From the NCBI GenBank assembly GCA_035543515.1, contig DATKJS010000009.1, positions 21,324 to 85,323 on the forward strand: a stretch of 64,000 bases of DNA, written 5' to 3'. A program made the position numbers and the translations under genes. The DNA is from Terriglobales bacterium. Its GTDB lineage: Bacteria > Acidobacteriota > Aminicenantia > Aminicenantales > Saccharicenantaceae. The number at the start of each line of letters is the position of its first letter. Position 1 is the first letter of the stretch. Of this stretch, positions 1-9,761 are shown piece after piece. The notes under the pieces are model-generated. The model saw only the letters and a program-made list of their open reading frames with translations, was not told where the DNA came from and did not search any database.

Positions 1-858
1 CGGGTCCTGATCCTGGGCGTTCTCTACGCGGCGGTCCTCATGACCATCCTGACGGCCCATGAGCTCGGCCACTACTTGACCTGCCGTCGCTACGGCCTCG
101 CGGCGACGCTGCCGTTCTTCTTCCCCGCCCCGAACCTGCCGTTTTTCATCCCGACGCCGGGTTGTATCCCGTCGCCCAGCCTGTTCGGCACGTTCGGCGC
201 GTTCATCAGGATCAAGTCGCCCATCTCGTGGAAACGTCAGCTCTTCGACATCGGCGCGGCCGGGCCGCTGGCCGGGGCCGCGCTGGCCTTTCCGGCTCTC
301 CTCGTCGGGCTGGGCTTTTCCAGGGTCGCTGCCGTCCAGGAGCCGGGCGCCATCTCCCTGGGCGAGCCCCTGCTCCTCAAGCTCGGCGGCCTGCTCTTCT
401 TCGGGCCGCATGCCGCCGGGCTCACTCTCCATCCGGTCGCTTTCGCCGGCTGGGTGGGGGTGCTCGTCACGGCCCTCAACCTCTCCCCGCTCGGCCAGCT
501 CGACGGCGGCCATATCGCCTACGCCCTGGCCGGGCGGAGAAGGAAGATCGTCTCCCGCGTCGCCCTGGCCGCGTTCCTCGTCCTGGGCGTCTTTTTCTCC
601 GTCGCCTGGCTCGTCTGGGGGACGATCGGACTCCTTTACGGGCTCGTCCTTCGCTTGAAGCGCCCGGGCCGCCTCTACCGGTTGGCGCTCCGCTGGCAGC
701 ATCCGAGAGTCGTCGACGAGGATGCTCCGCTCGACCGCCGGCGGCTCGCCCTGGCCGTCGTCATCATCATCGTCTTTGTCCTCTCGTTCATCCCGGACCC
801 GATCCAGGGCACGAGCCTCCTGGCCCTTTTAAAGCGGGCGCCGGCGGGTGTAAGATAG
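1..858 (+). CDS. Peptidase M50 (site-2 protease family) integral membrane metalloprotease; 5' end lies outside the window
   Basis: Frame 1 is open from nt 1 (the ORF track starts at internal Met 40). It has the HELGH zinc motif (TAHELGHYL), several hydrophobic spans and the second M50 signature NLSPLGQLDGGHI. Confidence 0.8.
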   Translation, partial: RVLILGVLYAAVLMTILTAHELGHYLTCRRYGLAATLPFFFPAPNLPFFIPTPGCIPSPSLFGTFGAFIRIKSPISWKRQLFDIGAAGPLAGAALAFPALLVGLGFSRVAAVQEPGAISLGEPLLLKLGGLLFFGPHAAGLTLHPVAFAGWVGVLVTALNLSPLGQLDGGHIAYALAGRRRKIVSRVALAAFLVLGVFFSVAWLVWGTIGLLYGLVLRLKRPGRLYRLALRWQHPRVVDEDAPLDRRRLALAVVIIIVFVLSFIPDPIQGTSLLALLKRAPAGVR

Positions 859-1083
859 CCGCGGCGGCATCGAAATGCCGGCCGGAATTATTCACACATT
901 TTGTGAAAAAGCTGTGGAAAAGAGGCCTCTTTCGAAACCCAATCGCCGTTGTTTGTTGCACATACGCCGGATTGCACAAAAAGTCGTCACCGCGCTAACT
1001 GATGCCTTTTCAACGAGTTATTAACTACATGAAAAATAAGGACTTCCTGGCGGACCCGCGGCCCGGGCTGGGAGACGGATAAG

Positions 1084-1884
1084 ATGTCCGACCAATTCCA
1101 CGAAGTGGCCTCGGCCTTGGCCCGCCTGAAGGCCGATTTCAGCGAGGGCGCGATCTCACAGCAGGAGTTCATCGACGCCCTGAAACAGCTCCGCATCAGG
1201 GACGATGCGGGCCGCTTTTGGATGATCGGCGTCCAGAGCGGCAAGTGGTACTGTTCCGACGGAAGCGGCTGGGTCCAGGCCGAACCGCCTTCGGCAAGCC
1301 AGCGCAAGGCCATCTGCATCTACTGCGGCTTCGAGAACGACCTCGAGGCGGAAACCTGCGCCCGCTGCGGCAGCGGCCGGGAGTCGGTCGTCGAGAGGCC
1401 GCTCTGTCCGCGGTGCGGGACACGGCTCGAGGCTCCCGGCGGGGCCTGCCCCGCCTGCCGTCCGGCCGCCGGGGCCGGGCCGGCGGCGGCCGCCGCAGCG
1501 AAGGCCGCACCGCCGGCCCCGGCCAGGACCCTCGTCATCCGGGCCGTCCAGCCGGCCTCCTTCTTCTGGTTCTTCGGCATCCTGGGCGTCTTCGGCGGCA
1601 TGCTCCTCGGCCTTCTCGTCGGCGTGACCGGCCTCTTTCCGGGGTTGGTCTCGTCGCTGCCGGGGTTCTTCACGGACACCCAGGGGAAGCTCTTGGGAGG
1701 TGTCGTCTACACGATCGCGGGGGGCCTCCTCGGCTTCATCACGGCCGGGCCGGCGGGCTTCTTTCTCGCTGCCGTTTCGAACGGCATCCTGTCGCTCGTC
1801 GGCGGCATCCGGGTGGACGTCGCTTCCGTGTCGGCTTCGCCGCCGTCCGAGCCCGAGCCGCCATCCGGGCCCCGGCGCCCCTGA
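1084..1884 (+). CDS. Hypothetical membrane-anchored protein with SHOCT-like N-terminal helix and two zinc-ribbon motifs
   Basis: N-terminal LKADFSEGAISQQEFIDALKQL resembles SHOCT. There are two CxxC pairs (CIYCG..CARCG and CPRCG..CPAC), an Ala/Pro linker and a Gly-rich hydrophobic C-terminal third. Confidence 0.55.
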   Translation: MSDQFHEVASALARLKADFSEGAISQQEFIDALKQLRIRDDAGRFWMIGVQSGKWYCSDGSGWVQAEPPSASQRKAICIYCGFENDLEAETCARCGSGRESVVERPLCPRCGTRLEAPGGACPACRPAAGAGPAAAAAAKAAPPAPARTLVIRAVQPASFFWFFGILGVFGGMLLGLLVGVTGLFPGLVSSLPGFFTDTQGKLLGGVVYTIAGGLLGFITAGPAGFFLAAVSNGILSLVGGIRVDVASVSASPPSEPEPPSGPRRP

Positions 1885-1885
1885 G

Positions 1886-4174
1886 CTAGCGTTTTGCCTG
1901 CCCCAAGTTGGCCAGCCCCCAGCCGATCTGCCCGAGCGAGAGCGACTCGTCATTCGGCGAGTAGAGGACCGGCCGCAGCACCCGGAAGCCGGCCCGGCCG
2001 AGCCGCCGGGTCGTCCGATCGAGCAGGACCCGGTTGAGGAAAACCCCTCCGGCCAGGGCGACCGTGTCCGTGCCCCGCTCTTCCCTTGTTTTCAACGCCA
2101 CCCGCAGGATGAGTCCGGCCAGCGAGTTGTGGAAGGCCGATGAGACGTGGCTAGCCGGGAGGCCTTTCCCGAGGTCGCGGACGACGGCCCTGATGAGCGG
2201 GGCGAAGGAGGCCTCGGCCGGCCGGCCCGGCCCGGCCTCCGCAAGGCCGACCGGATACGTTCCCGCCGCGCGACCTTCGGCCGCCGCCTCGAGCCGCATG
2301 GCCGCTTCGGCCTCGTACTCCATCCGCTCCGGCGCCGTGCCGCAGAGGAAAGACACGGCGTCGAAGAGCCGGCCGCAGCTCGAGGCGAGGGGGCTGCGGA
2401 CGCCGGTGCGGACGAGCTCGAGGACGGCCGCCCGCCGGGCCGCGCCGATCCTCCGCAGGGCGGCGGGGACGGGGGCGTCCGGGCCGAAGGCCTCGACGAG
2501 GTAGGCCAGGGCCATCCGCCACGGCTCGCGCGCCGCCAGGTCGCCTCCCGGGAGCGGCACGGGCCTGAAGCGGGCCACGCGCTCGTATCCGCGGTAATCG
2601 GCCAGCAGGAACTCGCCGCCCCAGGCCGTGCCGTCGTCCCCGTATCCGTACCCGTCGAGGGCGACGCCGAGGACCTTCGTCCCCGGCGCGACGCCGTGCT
2701 CGAGGAGCGCCGCAAGGACGTGGGCAAAGTGATGCTGGACCCGGTGATGGGGGAGGCCGATCCGGTCGGCGTAGCGCGTCGTCCGGAAATCGGGATGGAG
2801 GTCGGTGATGACGGCCTCCGGCCGGACGCCGAACAGCCGTTCGAGGTGGGCGAGCGTCTCCTCGAAGTAGCCGAAATTGCGGTAATCATCGAGGTCCCCC
2901 AGGAACTGGCTGGTGACGACGTACCCGTCGCGATAGACCGAGACCGTGTCCTTAAGCTCGCCGCCGAGGGCGACGAGGGTGAGGCGCTGGCGCAGGGCCT
3001 CGGGCACGGCCTGAGGATAGGGGACGTAGCCGCGGGCGCGCCGGACGAAGAGCGGGCCGTCGGCGGCGGCCTTGATCACGGAATCGTCGGCCCTCATGGC
3101 GATCGGCCGGTCGTGGGTGAGGACCGCGTCGGCGAACCGCCCGACCCCCTCTCCCTCCTCCTTCATGATCGGCGCGTCCTTCGGGTTCGAGCTCGTGGCC
3201 ACGATGAGGCCGAGGGGCGCGAGCAGGAGGTGATGGAGGGGGGTGTAAGGCAGCATGACGCCGACCTCGTCGAGGCCCGGCGCGATGAGCGGGAGGTCCT
3301 GCCGCTTCTTGAGCAGCACGATCGGCCGCCGCGAGGAGAGGAGCAGGCGGCGCTCGGCCGGACCGGCCCGGCCGACCTTGGCGGCCTCGCCCATGTCCCG
3401 GGCCATTAGGGCCAGGGGCTTGGTCCGCCGGGCCTTGGCCCGCCGCAGGCGGAGGACGGCCCGCCTGTTCGTCGGGTCGCAGACGAGATGGAACCCGCCC
3501 AGGCCCTTGACGGCCAGCACGCGGCCCTTGCGGACGAGCGCGGCCGCCTCCGCGATGCCGCCCGGAAGGACTTTCCCCGTCCGCGCGTCCTTCAGCGTCA
3601 CCCGCGGACCGCAGACCGGGCAGGCGATGGGCTGGGCGTGGTGCCGGCGGTCGAGCGGGTCCTCGTATTCCCGGCGGCAGTCCGGGCACATGGGGAAGCC
3701 GGCCATCGTCGTCCGCGGCCGGTCATAGGGGAGGCCGGTGACGATGGTGTAGCGCGGGCCGCAGTTCGTGCAATTGGTGAAGGGATAGCGGAAGCGGCGC
3801 GCGCCGGGCGTCCGGACCTCCTCCAGGCACTCGGGGCAGGTGGCGATGTCGGGCGAGATGAAGACGAAGCTCCGGCCCGCCCGGGTCCTGCGGATGGCGA
3901 AGCCGGGCCGGCCCGTCGGCCGGGACGGCCGCGCCTCGAGCCGCTCGACGCGGGCGAGCGGCGGGAGCTCCGACCGGAGGGCGGCTAGGAAGCGCGCATG
4001 GGTCGCCGGCCTGCCGCCCTCGACCTGGATCTCGACGCCGCCGCCGATGTTCTTGACCCAGCCGGCCAAGCCCAGGCGCCGGGCGAGGCGGAAGACGAAC
4101 GGCCGGAAGCCCACGCCCTGGACGACGCCGAAGGCGAGGACCCGCGTCGCCGGAACCCGGTTCCTGCCTTTCAT
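1886..4174 (-). CDS. hypF: Carbamoyltransferase HypF ([NiFe]-hydrogenase maturation type)
   Basis: Acylphosphatase-like N-terminus (VQGVGFRPFV), two zinc-finger pairs (CPECLEE..CTNCGPRY; CPDCRREY..CPVCGP), then YrdC-like and Kae1-like regions. Start moved from 4318 to ATG 4174; the extra 48 codons overlap queH and are Arg/Ala filler. Confidence 0.9.
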   Translation of the reverse strand: MKGRNRVPATRVLAFGVVQGVGFRPFVFRLARRLGLAGWVKNIGGGVEIQVEGGRPATHARFLAALRSELPPLARVERLEARPSRPTGRPGFAIRRTRAGRSFVFISPDIATCPECLEEVRTPGARRFRYPFTNCTNCGPRYTIVTGLPYDRPRTTMAGFPMCPDCRREYEDPLDRRHHAQPIACPVCGPRVTLKDARTGKVLPGGIAEAAALVRKGRVLAVKGLGGFHLVCDPTNRRAVLRLRRAKARRTKPLALMARDMGEAAKVGRAGPAERRLLLSSRRPIVLLKKRQDLPLIAPGLDEVGVMLPYTPLHHLLLAPLGLIVATSSNPKDAPIMKEEGEGVGRFADAVLTHDRPIAMRADDSVIKAAADGPLFVRRARGYVPYPQAVPEALRQRLTLVALGGELKDTVSVYRDGYVVTSQFLGDLDDYRNFGYFEETLAHLERLFGVRPEAVITDLHPDFRTTRYADRIGLPHHRVQHHFAHVLAALLEHGVAPGTKVLGVALDGYGYGDDGTAWGGEFLLADYRGYERVARFRPVPLPGGDLAAREPWRMALAYLVEAFGPDAPVPAALRRIGAARRAAVLELVRTGVRSPLASSCGRLFDAVSFLCGTAPERMEYEAEAAMRLEAAAEGRAAGTYPVGLAEAGPGRPAEASFAPLIRAVVRDLGKGLPASHVSSAFHNSLAGLILRVALKTREERGTDTVALAGGVFLNRVLLDRTTRRLGRAGFRVLRPVLYSPNDESLSLGQIGWGLANLGQAKR

Positions 4175-4187
4175 CGCGATGGCCGTT

Positions 4188-4745
4188 TCATCGGCCCCGG
4201 GCCCCCAGGGCTTCGAGGCTGTCGGCGCAGCCGCAGTAGTCCTGGCGATAGAGGCCGTGGGCGCGGCTGAGGCCGACGCTCTTCTTGAAGCCGTCCTTCT
4301 TCTTGAAGTCGGCCTCAAGGAAGCGGAGGCCGTAGCGTTCCCCGAACTGGCGGCCGATGCGGTTGATGACGGCCGCCTTCTTCCAGGGGCTGAGGCTCAT
4401 GACCGTGGCGAAGGCGTCGAAGCCGCGGGCTGCGGCCTCCTCGGCCGTCCGTTTCAGCCGGACGGCGTAGCAGACGTCGCAGCGCCGCCCCTTCTCCGGC
4501 TCGCCCCGGAACTTCCGCGTCACGGCCAGCCAGCGGTCGGGCTCGTAGGCGTCCTCGACGAGGGGAAGGGCGAGAAGGCCGGCGACCTTCCGCGCCTCCT
4601 CCAGCCGCCTCACGTATTCCGCGGCCGGGTGGATGTTGGCGTTGGAGAAGAATCCGGCGGCGTCGAATTCGTCTCGGAGGAGGCCGAGGACGTAGAGCGC
4701 GTCCGGCGCGCAGCAGACGTGGACGAGGAGCCGCGGTTTGGTCAT
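4188..4745 (-). CDS. queH: Epoxyqueuosine reductase QueH (DUF208)
   Basis: Cysteine motifs typical of QueH: HVCCAPD near the N-terminus, RCDVCY in the middle, QDYCGC near the C-terminus. Size is 185 aa. Confidence 0.85.
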   Translation of the reverse strand: MTKPRLLVHVCCAPDALYVLGLLRDEFDAAGFFSNANIHPAAEYVRRLEEARKVAGLLALPLVEDAYEPDRWLAVTRKFRGEPEKGRRCDVCYAVRLKRTAEEAAARGFDAFATVMSLSPWKKAAVINRIGRQFGERYGLRFLEADFKKKDGFKKSVGLSRAHGLYRQDYCGCADSLEALGARGR

Positions 4746-4802
4746 GCGACTATTGTATCCGGCCGGCCGGGATTAATAAAGGGCGCCCGGGGGGGACCGT
4801 CC

Positions 4803-5837
4803 CTAGCGGAGACGATCGATGCGGGCCTCGACGGCCGCGATGGCCCGGTTCACGGCGTCGATCTCAAAATAGACCGCGGCCAGCTCGTCGTGGTCGACCC
4901 GGTCCTCGTCGAGGGAGCGCCCCATGCTCTCGAAGAGGGGCTCCATGAGCCGCTCGAGGCGGACGATCTCGTCCTGGATCGTCTGCTTCTTCCTCAGCCA
5001 TTCCTGGAGCTCCCGCTCGTGGGCGCGCTCGGCCGCCGCCCGCTCCCCATCGAGCCTGGCGATCCGCCGGCCGAAGACCTCGGCCCGGTCTTCGGCCTCG
5101 GCCTGCAGCCGCTCGAGGTCCCGGCGCTCCTCATGGAGGATGGGCAGCTTCTCCTCGAGGGCGCGGATGCGGCCGGCCAGGGCGTCCGCCTTTTCCTTGA
5201 TCCGGTTGAGCCGCTCGGCCTTCTCAATGTCCGAGAGCTTCGCGTTCCCCTCGGCCGTCCGGGCTTCCCTGTCGAGGGCCTTGAGCTGGCTGCCGGCCGA
5301 ATCGACCTCCCAGGCCGCGCCGCCGATGGCGTCGAGGATCTCCGACTTCCGCGCGCCCAGCGACCGCCGCTGCTCCTCGAGCGGGCGGCGGAGGTCCTCC
5401 TGCTCCCTGACCGCCTCCCGGATCCGGCCGGTCTCCCGCTCGTGCTCGCGGCCGAGAGCCTCGATCCGCGAGTAGACTTCGTGCCAGGCCATCCGGCGGG
5501 CGTGCATCTCCTCCTCGAGGGCGGCGAGCTTCCGGCATTCCGCGGCGACCGAGGCCGCGGTGACGTCCTCGCTCCAGGCCCGCCGGCCGAGCTCCCTCCA
5601 GAGGGCGGACTTCTTCTCCTCCTCGCGCTTGAGCTTGGCTTGGAGCCGCAGGCTCAGCATCCTCCGGCGCGTCCCGGAGAGGAAGGCGCTCATGCGGCGC
5701 CGGAGGTCCTTGTCCCGGAGGAAGATCGTGGCGAGCAGGAGGAGGATGACGCAGAGGAGGAACCAGAAGAGCCAGTAGGGGAGGCCGCCGGCGATGTCCG
5801 GCGCGGCCGCCGTTTCCTGGAGCAGGACGTTTGTCAT
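4803..5837 (-). CDS. Hypothetical membrane-anchored coiled-coil protein
   Basis: One N-terminal TM (LPYWLFWFLLCVILLLLATIFL) followed by about 300 aa of Glu/Arg/Leu-rich heptad-like sequence. No enzymatic motif recognised. Confidence 0.5.
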   Translation of the reverse strand: MTNVLLQETAAAPDIAGGLPYWLFWFLLCVILLLLATIFLRDKDLRRRMSAFLSGTRRRMLSLRLQAKLKREEEKKSALWRELGRRAWSEDVTAASVAAECRKLAALEEEMHARRMAWHEVYSRIEALGREHERETGRIREAVREQEDLRRPLEEQRRSLGARKSEILDAIGGAAWEVDSAGSQLKALDREARTAEGNAKLSDIEKAERLNRIKEKADALAGRIRALEEKLPILHEERRDLERLQAEAEDRAEVFGRRIARLDGERAAAERAHERELQEWLRKKQTIQDEIVRLERLMEPLFESMGRSLDEDRVDHDELAAVYFEIDAVNRAIAAVEARIDRLR

Positions 5838-5921
5838 GTCACCCGGCTGTTTATTTATGCCATCCGGCGGGCGGAGTCAATCTCCCCGCGGTCGGCCGGG
5901 GCGCGGCGCGGCCGCGGCGGC

Positions 5922-7025
5922 TCACCACTCGATGAGCAGGGAGGCCCAGGTCAGGCCGCCGCCGAAGCTGATGACCATGACCAGGTCCCCTTTCTTGAGC
6001 AGCCCCTCCTCGACGGCCTCGCGCAGGGCGAGCAGGGACGACGTCGACGAGCAGTTGCCCCGCCGGTCGACGTTGATGTAGAACTTCTCGACGGGGATGC
6101 CGAGCTTCTTGGCCGGGAACTCGAAGATCCGGGCGTTGGCCTGGTGGGTGACGAAAAGGGCGATATCCTCCAGCCGATAGGTCCCGGGACGGCCGGCGGC
6201 CGCGTCGGCGGCGTCGAGCGTCCGGACGATGAGCTCGGGGATGATCTTGAGGACGAACTTCTGGATCTCGTGGCCCCGGATAAGGACGTTGGTCGGGATG
6301 GCGATCTGGTCCTTGCGGCTGCCCTGCCCCACGCTGTAGGCGGTCTCGGCCCCCCAAGCGTCGGTCCCGGTGAGCGAGCAAATGATGCCCTTCCCCTCGT
6401 CGGTCCTTTCCAGGACGACGGCGGCGGCCCCGTCCCCCCACAGGTCGGCGTTGCTGTCCGCGAGGTCGAGCATGCGGCTGAGGACCTCAGTGCCGAGGGC
6501 GAGCCCGTAGCGATAGCGCGTCTCGGGGAAAAGGAGCGACTTTCGGACATGGTCGATGGCGTAGAGGCCGCTCGTGCAGGCGGCGAGGATGTCGAAGGCC
6601 TGGATGCGGAGCTTCCCTCTCGCCTCGGCCTCGGTCCATTCGCCGGAGCCGACCTTCTTCCGGAGGACCTTGTTGAGGAGCAGGCAGGCCGTCGAGGGAT
6701 AGACAGCCTCGGGCGTCGACGTGCCCAAGGCCAGGACGCCGACGTCCTCCCAGCCGATCCCCGCCTCGCTCAGGGCCTTCTCCGCCGCGACGAGGCCCAT
6801 ATCGGAGGTGTTGACCTCGTCGGCCGCCCAGCGGCGCTCGCGGATGCCGACCAGGTCAACGATCTTTTGGGGCGTCAGCTCCTCCGGCGTCCAGGGCCGG
6901 CCGGCGCCCGGCCTGATGGCGCGATGGTCGAGGAGGATGCGGACGATCTCCTCGTTCGTCACGACCCGGCCCGGCACGTCGGTGCCGGGAAGGCACTTGC
7001 CGATCCCTGCGATTCTCACCGGCAT
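5922..7025 (-). CDS. 3-oxoacyl-ACP synthase III (FabH/KAS III)-like condensing enzyme
   Basis: Cys-His-Asn triad contexts (ILAACTSGLYA, FVTHQANARI, RRGNCSSTSS) and C-terminal VISFGGGLTWAS. Start set to ATG 7025 (MPVRIAGIG) behind GGAAGGAGAG; the longer ORF to 7319 has no support. Confidence 0.75.
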   Translation of the reverse strand: MPVRIAGIGKCLPGTDVPGRVVTNEEIVRILLDHRAIRPGAGRPWTPEELTPQKIVDLVGIRERRWAADEVNTSDMGLVAAEKALSEAGIGWEDVGVLALGTSTPEAVYPSTACLLLNKVLRKKVGSGEWTEAEARGKLRIQAFDILAACTSGLYAIDHVRKSLLFPETRYRYGLALGTEVLSRMLDLADSNADLWGDGAAAVVLERTDEGKGIICSLTGTDAWGAETAYSVGQGSRKDQIAIPTNVLIRGHEIQKFVLKIIPELIVRTLDAADAAAGRPGTYRLEDIALFVTHQANARIFEFPAKKLGIPVEKFYINVDRRGNCSSTSSLLALREAVEEGLLKKGDLVMVISFGGGLTWASLLIEW

Positions 7026-7173
7026 CGCGTCGCTCTCTCCTTCCTGAGGGTCGCGCGCCCGACGGCCGCCGCGCGGACCTCCATTATTCAAGTATCGGCG
7101 CGGGATGTCAATTCCCAGCCGCCGGGCGGGCGTTTGACCGGTCCCCATGTTGTATGGTAAGACCATCCTCGCC

Positions 7174-8346
7174 ATGAACGAGAGGCCCCTCGACGGCGTC
7201 CGCATCCTCGACCTGTCCCGGCTCCTGCCGGGCCCCTTCGCGACGCTTCTGCTCTCCGACCTTGGGGCGGAAGTCATCAAGGTCGAGGACGCCGCCTGCG
7301 GCGACCCCATCCGGGCCATGGGCCCCTTCAGGGCCGGGCAGGGCGCCTATTTTCTGGCCCTGAACCCGGGCAAGAAGAGCCTCGCCCTGAACCTCAAGGA
7401 CCCGCGCGGCCGCGAGGCCTTCCTCCGTCTGGCCGGCACGGCCCACGTTATCGTCGAGGGCTTTCGGCCGGGCACAGCCGACCGCCTCGGCGTCGGCTTC
7501 GAGGCCGTCCACGCCGTCAACCCCCGCCTCGTTTACTGCTCGATTTCCGGCTACGGCCTTGACGGGCCCCTGCGGGACCGGGCCGGCCACGACCTCAACT
7601 ACATCGCCCGGGCCGGCATCCTCGGCCTGTCGGGCGCGCCGGGAGGGCCGGCCGCCGTCCCGCCCGTGCAGGTGGCCGACCTCAGCTCCGGCATGTACGC
7701 GGCCGTGGCCGTCCTTGCGGCGCTCCGGGAGAGCGAGCGCACCGGCGAGGGCCGGACGATCGACATCGGGATGATGGACAGCGCCATGTCCTGGCTGATC
7801 ATGACCGTGGCCGAGTTCTCCGCCGGCGAGCGCGGGGGCCGGGGCCAGCTCCACCTGACCGGCAAGTACCCCTGCTACCACGTCTACCGGACCAAGGACG
7901 GTTACGAGTTCGCCCTGGCCGCTCTGGAGCCGAAGTTCTGGGCGGATTTCTGCCGGGCCGCGGGCCGGCCGGACCTCGCCGACCTCCAGTATTCCGAATC
8001 GCCCGAGGCCTTGGCCGAGGTCGCCGCCGTCTTTGCCGGGCGGAGCCGCGACGAGTGGGCGGCCCTGGCCAGGACTGGCGACTTTTGCTGCGAGCCGGTC
8101 CTGACGCTCGAGGAGGCCCTGCTCGATGTCCAGGCCCGCCGGCGCGGGGTGGTGCGGCTGGTGCGGGCGGGGGAGCAGACGGCGGTCGAGCTGGGCAACC
8201 CGCTCCGGCGGCTGGCGGGAGGCGAGCCGGGACCCTGCCCGGAACACGGGGAGCACACCGCGGCCCTCCTTCGCGAGCTGGGGTACTCCGACGCCGAGCT
8301 GGCCGATCTCGAGGCCGCGGGGGTCATCCCGGTCCGCCGCAGGTAG
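7174..8346 (+). CDS. Family III CoA-transferase (CaiB/BaiF/alpha-methylacyl-CoA racemase-like)
   Basis: N-terminus MNERPLDGVRILDLSRLLPGPFATLLLSDLGAEVIKVE is the canonical family III start, and GHDLNY is present. An alternative upstream ATG at 7147 adds 9 aa. Confidence 0.85.
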   Translation: MNERPLDGVRILDLSRLLPGPFATLLLSDLGAEVIKVEDAACGDPIRAMGPFRAGQGAYFLALNPGKKSLALNLKDPRGREAFLRLAGTAHVIVEGFRPGTADRLGVGFEAVHAVNPRLVYCSISGYGLDGPLRDRAGHDLNYIARAGILGLSGAPGGPAAVPPVQVADLSSGMYAAVAVLAALRESERTGEGRTIDIGMMDSAMSWLIMTVAEFSAGERGGRGQLHLTGKYPCYHVYRTKDGYEFALAALEPKFWADFCRAAGRPDLADLQYSESPEALAEVAAVFAGRSRDEWAALARTGDFCCEPVLTLEEALLDVQARRRGVVRLVRAGEQTAVELGNPLRRLAGGEPGPCPEHGEHTAALLRELGYSDAELADLEAAGVIPVRRR

Positions 8347-8358
8347 AGGGGAGACGCG

Positions 8359-8853
8359 TCAGTCCGAGAACTCCCTGAACAGCCGCAAGAGGGCCTCTTT
8401 GTCCATGGCCCCGACGTTGCGGTACCGGATCCGGCCCTTTGCATCGATGATGATCGTCGCTGGGACGAATCCGCCGGGCTTGAAGGCGGCGACGATCTCC
8501 CGCGTGGCCAGGGCGACGGGGTAGTTGACGCCGACGGTTTCGACCCAGTCCCGGAGGTCCTGCGGCGGCAGCGTGTCGACCGAGAGGCCGAGGATCTCGA
8601 GCCCGCGGCCCCTCAGCTCCTTGTAGGCGGAGACGAAATCCGGGATCTCCTCCCGGCACGGCGCGCACCATGTCGCCCAGAAGTTCAGGACGAGAACCTT
8701 GCCCTTGTAGTCGGCGAGCGAGACCGTCCGGCCGCGGAGGTCCTTGACCGTGAACTCGGGCGCCGGCTCCGCCCCGTTCTGGCTCCGGCTCGGGGTGCAG
8801 CCGAAGGCCAGGAGGACGGCCCCGACGGCCGCCATCGAGGCGAGCCGTCTCAA
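8359..8853 (-). CDS. TlpA/ResA-like thiol:disulfide oxidoreductase, probable lipoprotein
   Basis: Lipobox-like LLAFGC and thioredoxin-fold active site WATWCAPC. The TTG start overlaps the stop of the upstream beta-subunit gene (alternative ATG at 8835). Confidence 0.8.
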   Translation of the reverse strand: MRRLASMAAVGAVLLAFGCTPSRSQNGAEPAPEFTVKDLRGRTVSLADYKGKVLVLNFWATWCAPCREEIPDFVSAYKELRGRGLEILGLSVDTLPPQDLRDWVETVGVNYPVALATREIVAAFKPGGFVPATIIIDAKGRIRYRNVGAMDKEALLRLFREFSD

Positions 8854-9761
8854 GCGCCCCCCGCGCTCTTCAGCAGCCGCTCCCAGCGCTCGTCGACCTC
8901 GGCCTGGATGACCGCGACCTGTTCGGGCTTCAGGTGACGGAACCGCCCCTGGAGGCGGAGATAGTCGTCAACCGGCTTCTTGTCCTTGAGCTTCAGGTTG
9001 ATCGTGACCTTGTCCCCGTTCTCGATCTCGCAGAGCGGAAAATAGGCGTTCTGCACGGCCATCCGGGCCAGTTTGACGGTGTCGTCCGGCCGGCTTTTCC
9101 AGCCCGTCGGGCACGGCGCGTAGACGTGGAAGAAGCGCGTTCCCCTGATGGCCTTGGCCTTGGTCATCTTCCTGACGAAGTCCTCCGGGTGCGAGACGCT
9201 GGCCGTGGCGATGTACGGGATGCGGTGCGCGGCCATGATGGCCACGATGTCCTTCTTCGGCCGGGTCTTGAAGTGCTTGACCGGAGTCGTGGTCGTCCAG
9301 GCGCCGTAGGGCGTCGCCGAGGAGCGCTGGATGCCCGTATTCATGTAGGCTTCGTTGTCGTAGCAGACGTAAATGATGTCCTCGTTCCGCTCGGCCGCCC
9401 CGGACAGGGCCTGGATGCCGATGTCGAAGGTCCCGCCGTCCCCGGCCCAGGCGACGACCGTCGTCTCCTTGTCGCCCGTCATCTCCAGCCCGGCCTTGAC
9501 CCCCGTCGCCGTGGAGGCGGCCGTTTCAAAGGCGCAATGGTAGATGGGGACGTCGAGCGAGGAGTAGGGATAGGGCCCGTCGATGACGGCCCAGCAGCAG
9601 GCCGGGATGCAGAGGACGGTCTTCTGACCCAGCGCCTTCAGCATGTAGCGCATGGCCAGGGTCGCCCCGCAGCCCTGACAGGCCAAGTGGCCGCAGGCCA
9701 TCAGCTCGTCGGCCGGCAGCGTCATCGTGAACTTCTTCTCTTTCTTCGCTTCTTGGCTCAT
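8850..9761 (-). CDS. 2-oxoacid:ferredoxin oxidoreductase, beta (TPP-binding) subunit (PorB/VorA-like)
   Basis: GDGG TPP motif (WAGDGGTFDIG) and N-terminal Cys cluster (CQGCG). It overlaps the alpha-subunit stop by 4 nt. Confidence 0.85.
   Translation of the reverse strand: MSQEAKKEKKFTMTLPADELMACGHLACQGCGATLAMRYMLKALGQKTVLCIPACCWAVIDGPYPYSSLDVPIYHCAFETAASTATGVKAGLEMTGDKETTVVAWAGDGGTFDIGIQALSGAAERNEDIIYVCYDNEAYMNTGIQRSSATPYGAWTTTTPVKHFKTRPKKDIVAIMAAHRIPYIATASVSHPEDFVRKMTKAKAIRGTRFFHVYAPCPTGWKSRPDDTVKLARMAVQNAYFPLCEIENGDKVTINLKLKDKKPVDDYLRLQGRFRHLKPEQVAVIQAEVDERWERLLKSAGGA

Noticed and set aside
3840-7160. Very long ORFs antisense to or overlapping annotated genes (3840-7160, 1106 aa; also 14370-16016, 26339-28906, 42606-44735, 44903-46798, 59939-62221 and many others in the track)
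   Set aside because: Their products are Arg/Ala/Gly/Pro/Asp-rich low-complexity strings with no motifs. They run antisense through genes with strong family signatures. They are the expected stop-codon-poor frames of roughly 70% GC DNA.
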